Source of the DNA: Patescibacteria group bacterium
GTDB lineage: Bacteria > Patescibacteriota > Patescibacteriia > JACRDY01
Reading direction: 5' to 3'
DNA: 64,000 bases
Assembly (NCBI GenBank): GCA_041653535.1
Contig: JBAZFH010000003.1
Span: forward strand, 2,771-66,770
In this document: piece after piece, positions 9,801-16,901 of the stretch
How the letters are laid out: every line of letters starts with the position of its first letter
Numbering within the stretch: the first letter of the stretch is position 1
Made by a program: the position numbers and the translations under genes
The notes under the pieces: model-generated
Told to the model about the DNA's origin: nothing
Seen by the model: only the letters and a program-made list of their open reading frames with translations
Databases searched by the model: none

Positions 9801-11345
9801 GATTGCCAGATGATCGGTAAGCCATATTTATTAAATCCGAAATGCGGCGATGCTTGCGATGTTGATTGTTGGGGGACCGACCCAGACGACTGCAAGACAA
9901 AATGCAATGCTTTGGCAAATACTTGGTGGACCGGCTTTGGCGGCACTGCTAATTGTTGTGGTGACGACACGACTGATAATAAAGATTATGGCTGTGTAGT
10001 ACAAAAGAGTTGCGGTAATGGCGTAATCGATCAGCGAAAAGACGGTGTCTGGGAGAAGTGTGATGACGGTGATACAAACACGGCTAATGTATGCAATAAT
10101 AGCTGTACTTGGAACTGTAAAGATAACAGCAGCCAAGCAACAATTACTTTTACTCCGGAAGAAAAATCATTGGTTACACTGCAACCAAACGCCACCATGG
10201 TAAATACCACGGTTAATATTCCGGTTTGTCGTACCGCAAATAAAATAACAATGAAAGTTTATCAAGATGCTGGCGCGGTTGGTGGTAGCTCGGTTGCCTT
10301 GGTGTTTGTATCCGATCTATCTGGTAGTATGAATGAAATATTAGAATCACCAAAAACTCGTTTAGACGTTCTCAAAGAATCTCTTAAGACAGCTATTAGC
10401 ACGTTGATTGATGAGGGCGCTGGTGTGGAAGTTGGGCTGGTTAGTTATGCTCTGACGTCCGGACCAGACACTCCTGGATTTTTACCGGTGCAAGAATCGC
10501 AAAATACTTTAAATGGCGTTATAGATAGTTATGTTGCTGGTGTCGGTGGTCTGCGGGGCAGCTCCACGTATCAGGATTTAGGGCTGCAGGAAGCTCAGAA
10601 AATGTTTAATGATTATCCCAAGGATTCTTCTGGCAAAGATTTTGACAAGAAGGTGGTTGTATTTATGACTGATGGCAATTTTAGCGGTAGTCACGATGCT
10701 ATGGCGGAAGCGACCGTATTAAAAAATCCAAACATCGGCGTAGATATGTTTACCGTGGCGTTGACAGCTGATTTGGGTCTTCGTGCCTATATGAATGGGC
10801 TCTCTTCCAGTAATTGCATCTGCGGGGATAATAATTGTAAGAATAAAGTCAGCGGTACTAGCGGTGGAGATGGCGTAGTAACTTGTAGAACCGCTAATGA
10901 TTTATTAGAGGAGTGTGATCTGACGCGAGACAGTATTTATTGTAAACAAGAAACAAATGAATTAAATTGGGTTAGTTCTGGTCGTAATAGGGCTTATAGC
11001 GCTACTACCGCCAGTCAGTTGCAGGGTTTATATGAAACGATTGCCGGTGCTATTTCCGATGAAACTGTCGCAGTTACTTTTAATGGCGGTCCGCAGCTGA
11101 CATTTAATAATTATCAGTATAATCCGGTGAATAATAAATACGAAGGTACTTTGGAAATAACACTAGATTCGACATATTGTTCATCGACCATGCCGACCGA
11201 GTCAAGCGATGAGTTTAAGGCTTATAATATTTCTTTCCAAACACCTATTGTCAAACCGGTGGTCTTTAGTGCCGGTAAACTACTTTTCTGTCCTTGGAAA
11301 AATGGTTATTATGGAGAGAGCGAAATAATAAAATCAACACTTTAA
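852..11345 (+). CDS. Giant (~3,500 aa) pilin-fused, cysteine-rich surface adhesin: T4SS/VirB2-like pilin, Ig-like, IPT/TIG, Cys-rich CGNG repeats, pilin/GspG-like domain, TSP3-like repeats, vWA
   Basis: ATG 852 gives a signal peptide (MKKTER...SINA|AN). Two-TM pilin motif ANIIRYALGFLGIIAV...YAGFLWMTSAGEAEKIEKAKRILIEGVIGLLII; IPT motifs (VTIRGRFFG, VTITGQNFG); CGNG..E.CD repeats; DxDxDG.PD..DNCP repeats; C-terminal vWA MIDAS (VFVSDLSGSM...VFMTDG). Confidence 0.85.
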   Translation: MKKTERYKKIIFTASIVLALLVSLFWINSINAANSNDFGLNQVGQVVNLPTADIRVTVANIIRYALGFLGIIAVGICLYAGFLWMTSAGEAEKIEKAKRILIEGVIGLLIIVLAFAIVSFVVSKLLEATGTGTEPDKTCSTENSGEVNGCWVCQSSSWTYDSSIAGCGRTDDFWVTDIKPRENAVGPKDTVVRIYFNKQVNFDSIDLDDGDITISKIGEIDPTTKEVTTTYSSPLAVAGTIQFKSGDKTVVEFRPNDLCDAACSETSDKKCKKCFSPWGLYQVNVRQGSIQDAIKGKSNQCGVVIDHCTRKFKINDVMDEESPKVSITSLEPSQGRYVPENYAVEVRISAKDNYEISDVQLYIDDMNTPVATLTSEPYVYTWQTPDGLGLKHTLLAKASDTDDNPAGVSAEREAIVRAWHCFNNQKDTFSSSPEKNEFEIDCGGTECGACVGADCDAADKDTTTCKTPTNDVCWTNYCAPADCKCEGWPEIQTVEPGRAPKGNFVTIRGRFFGKTSGQVVFLGGAGEADDKIGIKPSQINNQCDDESCWTDTQVIVVLPDGAVSGPIKIITTENKEDATNDNHGSQLLDFDVCTTSNGNCYDYPGICKLNPAQGAADALFKIYGINFGTTQGSALVKFGGKYSAVINSWADTGKEAEARVPNIQSGRPTVTIERGDIKSNPFEFLVKSSPLANPIISDVQPKSGGFGQYVTITGQNFGRAGVVEFINKNDTSKKFPADLNFPQQCQDKIWNNNQVIVKVPDTGSALLGDYFIVISRSSDNASSAAADFIINTDTPTPGICLLKPDNGPEATPVYVFGDSMGSQNGSVNFWQATVTAPIISWSEVVKVQVPKNTKTGPVVLVSAQGKSSNPLNFSVGSCRADDDCTGKPTAGECDQDQELGVSPKTNCWVCNKSVATGNYYWEWSDTSCGVIDQCCPSGVCQTKGTCVGIGVLSSYAWAFSTGEIPRYPKVVEECNRDETCPEGANTPSPSPWTPRWDINRGFDLACPNSVITARFNMDMNPDDLEDVNNYNFEKCGYQTDVNGDGKDDHDPCVCSPTANCACINGGNTNCNQKINITADNLITFNDGFIVNFAGVGLQPDSWYRMALRKGDALPGTTGFHSATAQGGYQLLADYIWQFKTRVDSAKCKIGCPTVVPVSYTANRLAKLYLNWDNPAFPRNPVYHTAQASAENNPCNLIDTYDYQWSWKATEADGANTNKAALYQIPSNGCSDSRDNDNDGKKDYKAGCTVDSVDCDYKCVSSYDRSEEAGEQLVAYFGNLRHAEAIKPTGGNTYSCDCDIAPQCSDSLENDGDNKVDYPADTECDTPGDYSELLSGLQTRSDVIVVAQKGVITNSSEECQLYCKGLSNNTWSWYKTGGYQIAGDPVLIRAQELSSGKEGRANLFINLEDPKVIAKWPDCSQACVNSQVGAAFNVPMAENTLVDAKNVMLFSCGADLECKKENMSSVPIENIDPDLSIDYRYSESVDDGLYNSELTFYPRSTTPGDYNGGKLLPNTYYRVILGSPDNDPIQNIDGLKLIGLNYDNYAADNVPDSYSWIFSTKNDYNLCSVDHVSVTPNKAFLSAIPAYQSYFSQAFGRSDDCSPFGQKLNNSFYSWKWESEKPTVAQTIGYSVGCGNGIIDRGENCDDGVYPPVSGDGCSNKCLREGSSYSVFGLCGNGVVESWEQCDYGVKIGNPAWTENNCNSATCLLNTTSRPAGSCRDGVIQSWESCDYGPLITDYYTDQEDNHVYNNYEVNSCNANTCLNTGNTNQGLAVCGNGRLEGGEACDVVDEPNNNNTDGCADNCVSSGSVDGRSLCGDGQVGTGEECELCWNDDKSVFSVIRNGSCSANSLYGHGDIDSGTPSFAGKTKDPASAEAGCQRAGADKVSCVILNSSGGYKYDRNRIGNWWKSSCQNGIVDRGEECDLGSIVENYYGGQNNYEVNNCNPTNCLYNGSSEATPDLLNRKAYQLAQSVGEGRANITAFTGGVCTGDPKFTACIQTSDCPLNSVGNKYECDLSGTKKGSSDLTVVCGWTDEACALNNAGYGADASGCCRTRPVVYSSYPHGDNVCRNTSISVLFDSNHPMDFTTFNSKNISVSVDGCAVAVNSGANRWWHYLVNTYQRVKDWVIGVFSHQANAAEINECTVNYSVTGIEYVDNGVGSDGLTHSKMVINLSSPLPPNKTIKVKFASAVKDSLGVSVLRGANVYEWTFNTGEEICSLNYVRLSPTSKSFTQTDEVENFVASTFNANGQEIEMVPGFYSWNWSWSLTPEINNTSATLSAGVATYCSVTNKACNPEHGNADCVDPKYPSQVCGAPYNYPYVSRVTSQKTNGEGQLIATATITSDSIIDAGKTFAAQAGVVVFVCENPWPQVCSATIASGNLLACEKDDDCYTEVGHQYVGPCKFDAVSNFSDSDNTIVSQFKNPENYTNFRTYYCRDAGSAGFDDDLPALVYPPIFTQTPVLPAQKGLIRHILLPRDNFRRGGETGGSNDALIMSVEANPQHISAAQWFSDRFDASATAAKAVGGYSAVSKDSTYYINAANWSRSTNTMYTNIYILSQSQNSNVNTKNIFQQLLNNMKFNVNVDGQGVGTDLCRAGTGLVTKKPFVCSNNKKTSCVADTDCGADGKCEILGWCNNDNSKSCSTLDVGNTVDNECGDEAVLPKAFCDTNAFAEPISCSKDFDCYRCKDNTNVVCELDSDCPNVYSGACAKDVSGNAAYCDAPRAKLIRNTQRLADLHTMTSILNNYYQKNNKYPTLDAGSYVSGRSYSTWPSWQATLGNDLGSGLPVDPIDQFNGCYDANYNFNRQTCWDNKALLFSCPQNSYTYFYSSNNGGNEGRVLVHLEKPENGDINVYESDYEDQDYFDAVSDNCKNFSGYSINDSDQDGVPDFGDNCPYEKNGYVGSDCPTNAPQCCPFTDKKKCCAWYGTADEEKYCGQANTDGDNLGNSCDWICPVDGNNDSDNDFVCGGQDNCWSVYNPLQVDSDGDCQMIGKPYLLNPKCGDACDVDCWGTDPDDCKTKCNALANTWWTGFGGTANCCGDDTTDNKDYGCVVQKSCGNGVIDQRKDGVWEKCDDGDTNTANVCNNSCTWNCKDNSSQATITFTPEEKSLVTLQPNATMVNTTVNIPVCRTANKITMKVYQDAGAVGGSSVALVFVSDLSGSMNEILESPKTRLDVLKESLKTAISTLIDEGAGVEVGLVSYALTSGPDTPGFLPVQESQNTLNGVIDSYVAGVGGLRGSSTYQDLGLQEAQKMFNDYPKDSSGKDFDKKVVVFMTDGNFSGSHDAMAEATVLKNPNIGVDMFTVALTADLGLRAYMNGLSSSNCICGDNNCKNKVSGTSGGDGVVTCRTANDLLEECDLTRDSIYCKQETNELNWVSSGRNRAYSATTASQLQGLYETIAGAISDETVAVTFNGGPQLTFNNYQYNPVNNKYEGTLEITLDSTYCSSTMPTESSDEFKAYNISFQTPIVKPVVFSAGKLLFCPWKNGYYGESEIIKSTL

Positions 11346-11351
11346 GATTGT

Positions 11352-12104
11352 ATGATAAAAAATAAGAAAGTAATATTAATATCGTCAGTGTTGCTTTTAG
11401 CGGTATTGCTTTTTTTTGGCTGCGCTCAAAAAGATGAAAATGGAACCGATGGTGCGCAAGTGAGAGGTGTGCAAATTGAACTAAAGCCAATCAATATTCA
11501 AAACGGTAAAATAATAAGAGACAGCAGCTATTTTGCTAACAAACAGGCAAAATGCGATACTGTATCTGATAATAAAAAAGATAACTGCTTGCAGAAAGTT
11601 AAGTTAGAACAGGCAATAGTTTTGAACCAAGTTAATCAATGTGCTGATTTGGGGGACAAAAAAGATGTCTGTTATCGTGAGTTTGCTTTTAAACAAAACA
11701 ATATTGGTTTGTGTGAATCGATAAGTGATACCACGGGTAAAGATTATTGTAAAAATGCCGTGCTTAATATTTTAGCGGCAAAACAAAAAAAGGCTGATTT
11801 TTGTTTGCAGATATCCGACGAGCAAAAAAAGATTAGTTGTTTGAGTCAGTTGATTAATGAAAACACTAAAACTGCTTTTTGCCAAACCAAGATAATAGCC
11901 GACAACAACCTTGCGGAAACCTGTGTCAATTTCATTTACTATAAACAAGCCTGGGTGAAGAAAGATCGTAAATTATGTGATAAAATTACAGTAGCGTCAA
12001 AAAGAGACGAGTGTTATCAGCTTTTTGATGTTGAGTTGAAAATATCCGCACCTTCGACAACGACAACCACCGTTACAACCAAGAGTAATACCACGGTCAA
12101 ATAA
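11352..12104 (+). CDS. Lipoprotein with helical Cys-pair repeats (C..I.D...KD.C)
   Basis: Lipobox LFFG-C; about 6 repeats such as CESISDTTGKDYC and CLQISDEQKKISC; Thr-rich tail. Confidence 0.75.
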   Translation: MIKNKKVILISSVLLLAVLLFFGCAQKDENGTDGAQVRGVQIELKPINIQNGKIIRDSSYFANKQAKCDTVSDNKKDNCLQKVKLEQAIVLNQVNQCADLGDKKDVCYREFAFKQNNIGLCESISDTTGKDYCKNAVLNILAAKQKKADFCLQISDEQKKISCLSQLINENTKTAFCQTKIIADNNLAETCVNFIYYKQAWVKKDRKLCDKITVASKRDECYQLFDVELKISAPSTTTTTVTTKSNTTVK

Positions 12105-12126
12105 AATAATTATTATACCTACTATT

Positions 12127-12819
12127 ATGTTCGACGATCTAAAAAATAATCAACAGCCAAATTCTAATCAGCCGGTCAAAGAGCCCGAAGACATTTTTTC
12201 GGGAGTAGACTCTTCGGTTAGTCCTCAGGTGAAACGACCGGTTAGTCCTATTATGTCAAATATGGAAGCAATGCCTGATCCGTCGGCTAATTCCATGATG
12301 CCATCAACGGAAATACCGATAGCACCTAATTTAAAAATGAAAAAAATTATTGTTATTTTGATCGTGGTTCTAGCTATTGTTTTTGTGGTTTTAGCCGGTT
12401 GGTTGGTATATGCCAAGTATTTTAGCGCTAATCAGTCGTCGCTTGGAGAAAATAACCTTAATAATGTTTTGCCGGAATTAAATTTGAATCAAGAGGACGC
12501 CAATTTGAACGAAGAAAACAAAAATATTAATCAAGGTACCGGTCTGATTGATCAAGTAAATCAATCACAAAACATCAGCCAACCAACAAAAGATTCTGAT
12601 TCCGATGGATTGACCGATCAAGAGGAGGTAACTTTAGGCACTGATTCTTTTCTCGCAGATTCCGATTTAGACGGTTTATTTGATAAAGAAGAGGTGTATA
12701 TTTATAAAACCGATCCTTTAAATTCTGATACTGATGGTGACGGATATAAAGACGGTCAGGAGGTAAAAGGTGGCTATGATCCTAACGGTCCGGGCAGACT
12801 GTTTAGTATACCGGAGTAA
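12127..12819 (+). CDS. Membrane-anchored protein with bacterial TSP3-like Ca-binding repeats
   Basis: Single TM helix, Asn-rich linker, DSDSDGLTDQEE..LGTD / DSDLDGLFD / DTDGDGYKDGQEV repeats. Confidence 0.8.
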   Translation: MFDDLKNNQQPNSNQPVKEPEDIFSGVDSSVSPQVKRPVSPIMSNMEAMPDPSANSMMPSTEIPIAPNLKMKKIIVILIVVLAIVFVVLAGWLVYAKYFSANQSSLGENNLNNVLPELNLNQEDANLNEENKNINQGTGLIDQVNQSQNISQPTKDSDSDGLTDQEEVTLGTDSFLADSDLDGLFDKEEVYIYKTDPLNSDTDGDGYKDGQEVKGGYDPNGPGRLFSIPE

Positions 12820-12829
12820 TTATTAAATT

Positions 12830-13882
12830 ATGGCTATATTTGATTTTTTAAAGAAAAAAATAACTGGTGATGTTCTGAAGGTCGCGCAAAAAAAACAGCC
12901 GGAAGTAAAAATTAAATCAGAAGACATTCATGTAATGCCGGAAAAATTTTTTATTGCGTCAAAACAAGGAATGAGCAGTAAAACAAAGATAATTATTGCC
13001 ATCGCAGTGGTTGTTTTATTATTTGTTATTGGAGCTATATTTTTTAGTGTTGATTGGAGTGATACCGGCGGACAAAACGTTTTAATTAGCCCCAATATTA
13101 ATGTTTTAAACACGAACCAAGATATTATTAATGGCGAAGTTTTTAGCGGATTAACAGAACAAGTCAATTCCAATCTTAACATAAATGAGTTGAATAGTAA
13201 CATTAATATAAATGCGGAGCAGTCTCGGTCAAACGAAAACATTAATAATGCGCCGAGCGTTAGTAGTCAGTCTGGTAGTGCGGTGAATACTACTGATGAT
13301 TTTTTGCCGCCGATTGTTTTTATCGCCGGCAAAGACACTGATGCTGACAATTTAACTGATTTAGAGGAAGCTATGTATGGTACTAGTCCCAATAAGCCCG
13401 ATACTGATTTGGATAGTTATTTAGACGGTCAAGAAGTGGCTGGCGGTTATGATCCAATGTTAATTAATAAAAAGATTACCGATTCTTCGCAGATAAAAAA
13501 ATATTTTAGTCAGCGTTTTTCCTTTGCTATTTTATATCCCGCCAAATGGACTTATTCTATTTCCGGAGTACGCGAAGATAGAATAATATTTTCTTCTGCC
13601 GATAATGAAACAATTAATCTTTCGGTTATTGACGGGCAGACTTCGCTTGAAGAATGGTATCGACAGAATGTAGATAATAAGCAGGTTAATATTCCTTTGC
13701 GAGTTTTACCAAACGGTGATCAGGTAATTACCAGTTTGAACGGTTTAGCAATTTACACTAAAAAGTCTGGAATAAATATAATATATTCCCTAGTTTATCA
13801 GCCGAATTCAGAGAATGAAGTTAATTATAAAACTACTTTTGAAATGATGGCGGGCAGTATTATGCAAGAAATCGGAGGTTAG
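12830..13882 (+). CDS. Membrane-anchored protein with TSP3-like repeats and C-terminal PsbP-like domain
   Basis: TM helix; DTDADNLTDLEE..YGT..NKPDTDLDSYLDGQEV; 'YFSQRFSFAILYPAKW' PsbP-like motif. Confidence 0.7.
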   Translation: MAIFDFLKKKITGDVLKVAQKKQPEVKIKSEDIHVMPEKFFIASKQGMSSKTKIIIAIAVVVLLFVIGAIFFSVDWSDTGGQNVLISPNINVLNTNQDIINGEVFSGLTEQVNSNLNINELNSNININAEQSRSNENINNAPSVSSQSGSAVNTTDDFLPPIVFIAGKDTDADNLTDLEEAMYGTSPNKPDTDLDSYLDGQEVAGGYDPMLINKKITDSSQIKKYFSQRFSFAILYPAKWTYSISGVREDRIIFSSADNETINLSVIDGQTSLEEWYRQNVDNKQVNIPLRVLPNGDQVITSLNGLAIYTKKSGINIIYSLVYQPNSENEVNYKTTFEMMAGSIMQEIGG

Positions 13883-13883
13883 A

Positions 13884-14327
13884 ATGATTAACATTGATAT
13901 TAACAATAAAGTTGTCGGAGTCAAAATTGATAAAAGATTAGTGGAAAAAGTTGCTTCAGCGGTTAGTCGTTCTTTGGTTTTAAAGAAAGAACGTTGTGTC
14001 TCTTTGGTATTAGTTGGCGATGCGGTGATTCGTAAACTAAACAAAACCTATCGCAAAAAAGATAAAATTACAGACGTTTTAAGCTTTGAATATTTAGATA
14101 AAAATTTTGTTGGTTCAACTGAAGACTATTTGGGCGAGATATTTATTTGTTATCCCCAGATAAAGCGTCAAGCTGTAAAAAATGGAAACTCAATAAAAAA
14201 AGAGTTTGCCTTATTACTTATCCATGGATTAGTCCATCTATTTGGCTATGATCATGAAAAAAGCGTCAAAGATGAAAGATTTTTTGATAAACAACAAAAA
14301 ACTATTTTACAAAAAATTGGTTTGTAA
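13884..14327 (+). CDS. ybeY: rRNA maturation endoribonuclease YbeY
   Basis: LNKTYRKKDKITDVLSF and IHGLVHLFGYDH (H3xH5xH) motifs. Confidence 0.95.
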   Translation: MINIDINNKVVGVKIDKRLVEKVASAVSRSLVLKKERCVSLVLVGDAVIRKLNKTYRKKDKITDVLSFEYLDKNFVGSTEDYLGEIFICYPQIKRQAVKNGNSIKKEFALLLIHGLVHLFGYDHEKSVKDERFFDKQQKTILQKIGL

Positions 14328-14344
14328 ATTAAATTTATATTATT

Positions 14345-15598
14345 ATGAATCACGAAGAAATCATTGCGGGGCTCGATATAGGCTCGTCTGCTGTCAGAAT
14401 GGTGGTGGGTCAGCGATCTCCTGAACAAAAATTGAATATTATTGCTGCGGCTGAAGTGCCGGCAGAAGGCATCACCAAAGGTACGGTAGTCAGTATTGAG
14501 GAGGCGGTAAATAGTATTTCTCGTTGTTTGGAGAAAACCGAAAAAATCGCTGGTGTAAAAATAGAAAGTGCTTGGGTTGGTATTTCCGGAAGCCATATTT
14601 TGTGTCAGGAATCAAAAGGAGTAGTAGCGGTTTCTCGCAGTGATGGTGAAATAAGCGAAGATGATGTCGATAGAGCTATTGAGGCAGCGAGAACAGTGGC
14701 AACGCCGTCTAATTATGAAATACTACATGTTATTCCCAAAAGTTTTACCATTGACGGTCAAACTAATATTAAAGATCCGGTTGGAATGAGTGGAATTCGT
14801 TTGGAGGTTGATTCGCAGATTATTCAAGGATTGTCCCCGCAGATTAAAATATTAACCAAATGTGTTTATCGTACCGGTTTAGATATAGACGATTTAGTCT
14901 TATCTATTTTAGCTTCTTCAGAAGCAGTGTTAACTAATCGTCAAAAAGATTTAGGCGTTGTTTTGGTCAATATCGGCGCGGCAACCACCAGTATTATCGT
15001 CTTTGAAGAGGGGAATGTGCTTCATACCAGTATTTTACCGCGCGGATCAGAAGATATTACTAAGGATTTGGCTATTATGCTACGGGTTTCCATCGATACT
15101 GCGGAAAAAATAAAAATAGATTATGGTACTGCGCTTGCTAAAGATGTTACTAAAAAAGAAGAAATCAATTTAGCTGATTTTGATTCAACGCTTAATGAAG
15201 CCGATGCCATAGCTTCTCGCAAGTATGTTGCTGAAATTATTGAAGCAAGGGTGGAAGAAATTTTTGAAAAAATTGATGTTGAGTTAAAAAAGGTTGATCG
15301 TTCCGGCAGTTTACCGGCAGGTGTAGTTTTAATCGGCGGTGGAGCTAAGCTGCCGGGAATAGTGGATGTGGCAAAAAGAAAATTGAGATTACCGGCTTGT
15401 TTAGGCTTTGCTCAAAATTTGACTGCCGCTATTGATAAGGTCCAAGATCTGGGATTTTTAACCGCTGTTGGTTTGGTGGCATGGGGTGATCAATTGACAA
15501 AAGGACAAAAAAAAGGGTTTTCTTTTTCTCGTTTTGGTGGCAGTGTTTCTCAAGTTAGGGAGAAAATTCGTGGTTGGTTTAGGGATATAATGCCCTAG
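14345..15598 (+). CDS. ftsA: Cell division protein FtsA
   Basis: GLDIGSSAV, VNIGAATT and VLIGGGAKLPG actin-like motifs; directly upstream of ftsZ. Confidence 0.97.
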   Translation: MNHEEIIAGLDIGSSAVRMVVGQRSPEQKLNIIAAAEVPAEGITKGTVVSIEEAVNSISRCLEKTEKIAGVKIESAWVGISGSHILCQESKGVVAVSRSDGEISEDDVDRAIEAARTVATPSNYEILHVIPKSFTIDGQTNIKDPVGMSGIRLEVDSQIIQGLSPQIKILTKCVYRTGLDIDDLVLSILASSEAVLTNRQKDLGVVLVNIGAATTSIIVFEEGNVLHTSILPRGSEDITKDLAIMLRVSIDTAEKIKIDYGTALAKDVTKKEEINLADFDSTLNEADAIASRKYVAEIIEARVEEIFEKIDVELKKVDRSGSLPAGVVLIGGGAKLPGIVDVAKRKLRLPACLGFAQNLTAAIDKVQDLGFLTAVGLVAWGDQLTKGQKKGFSFSRFGGSVSQVREKIRGWFRDIMP

Positions 15599-15620
15599 GT
15601 TTTTTTCTTTTAGTTTTTTA

Positions 15621-15629
15621 TGATATAAT
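15621..15629 (+). promoter_or_regulatory. Extended -10 promoter element upstream of ftsZ
   Basis: TGATATAAT (TGn-TATAAT) 58 bp before the ftsZ ATG. Confidence 0.55.
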
Positions 15630-15686
15630 ATTACTAGTTTTAAAGACTGTTGATAAATTGAGTAATAATAGTGTTCATGCAATTTT

Positions 15687-16853
15687 ATGGCTGAAGTCAA
15701 ACCAGATATTGAAACTTTCGCAAAGATTAAGGTGTTGGGCGTCGGAGGTTCTGGCGGTTCTGCACTTAATCGAATGATTGCCGCTAAAATCAAAGGAGTG
15801 GAGTTTATTGCCGTCAATACCGATGTGCAGGCTCTTTATTATTGTCAAGCACCGCATAAAATTCATGTTGGCAAATCAGTCACTCGTGGATTGGGGGCGG
15901 GCATGGATCCTGATTTAGGGAGGTCAGCAGCAGAAGAGAATCAAAACGATATTCGTGATGCCGTGCGCGATGCTGATATGGTGTTTATTACTTGCGGGCT
16001 TGGCGGAGGTACTGGTACTGGCGCAGCGCCGGTGATTGCTGAAATATGTCGCGACACCGGAGCGTTAACGGTTGCCGTAGTAACCAAACCTTTTGCTTTT
16101 GAAGGAGCGCAACGGCGGGCAATAGCAGAAAGAGGATTAGAAGAGCTGGCTGCCAGAGTTGATACCATCATTACCATTCCTAACGATCGACTTTTACAAA
16201 TTATTGATAAAAAAACTTTGCTGCTCGATGCTTTTAATATTGTTGACGATGTTTTACGTCAGGGTGTGCAGGGAATATCCGAGCTAATTACTGTTCCTGG
16301 TCTTATCAATGTTGACTTTGCTGACGTGAAGGCGATTATGAAAGATAGCGGTTCGGCTCTTATGGGTATTGGTCAGAGCAAAGGCGAAAATCGTGCTGTT
16401 GAAGCGGCTAAATCAGCTATTGCTTCGCCGCTACTCGAACTCTCTATAGAGGGTGCTAAAGGTATATTATTTACTATTGCCGGGTCAAGCAATCTTTCAA
16501 TGCATGAAGTTAGCGAAGCAGCGAAAATTATTACTAATTCAGCTGATCCTGACGCCAAGGTTATTTTTGGAGCTATTATCAACGAGGATTTGGGCGACGA
16601 TATTAAAATTACAGTTGTGGCTACTGGATTTGAAAAAAATAAGAAATCCAGCGAGTCTTTGACTCAAGTAAACAGCTATAAACCAAGTAAATTTGTGGCT
16701 CGCAAAAAAGAGGAGGAAGAATATGAAAAAGAAGATGAGGAAGATGGCGAAAAAACCAGATTATTTGGCAAAAAGACAATAGATGAGCCAAAATGGGAAG
16801 AAGACGAAGAGGGTGAGATACCAGCGTTTATTAGAAAAAAAATAAAAAAATAG
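15687..16853 (+). CDS. ftsZ: Cell division protein FtsZ
   Basis: GGGTGTG tubulin signature, INVDFADV, C-terminal EIPAFIRK peptide. Confidence 0.99.
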   Translation: MAEVKPDIETFAKIKVLGVGGSGGSALNRMIAAKIKGVEFIAVNTDVQALYYCQAPHKIHVGKSVTRGLGAGMDPDLGRSAAEENQNDIRDAVRDADMVFITCGLGGGTGTGAAPVIAEICRDTGALTVAVVTKPFAFEGAQRRAIAERGLEELAARVDTIITIPNDRLLQIIDKKTLLLDAFNIVDDVLRQGVQGISELITVPGLINVDFADVKAIMKDSGSALMGIGQSKGENRAVEAAKSAIASPLLELSIEGAKGILFTIAGSSNLSMHEVSEAAKIITNSADPDAKVIFGAIINEDLGDDIKITVVATGFEKNKKSSESLTQVNSYKPSKFVARKKEEEEYEKEDEEDGEKTRLFGKKTIDEPKWEEDEEGEIPAFIRKKIKK

Positions 16854-16859
16854 ATAATA

Positions 16860-16888
16860 AAAAGACCCGCTAATTAAGCGGGTCTTTT
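16860..16888. terminator. Bidirectional intrinsic terminator
   Basis: AAAAGACCCGC-TAATTAA-GCGGGTCTTTT between convergent genes. Confidence 0.85.
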
Positions 16889-16901
16889 GAAATTGTTACA
16901 A

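Noticed and set aside
482-10136. Numerous antisense or alternate-frame ORFs within the giant gene (for example 2031-2843 on -, 9112-9678 on +)
   Set aside because: They are fully overlapped by a coherent multidomain CDS and have no recognisable motifs; shadow ORFs.
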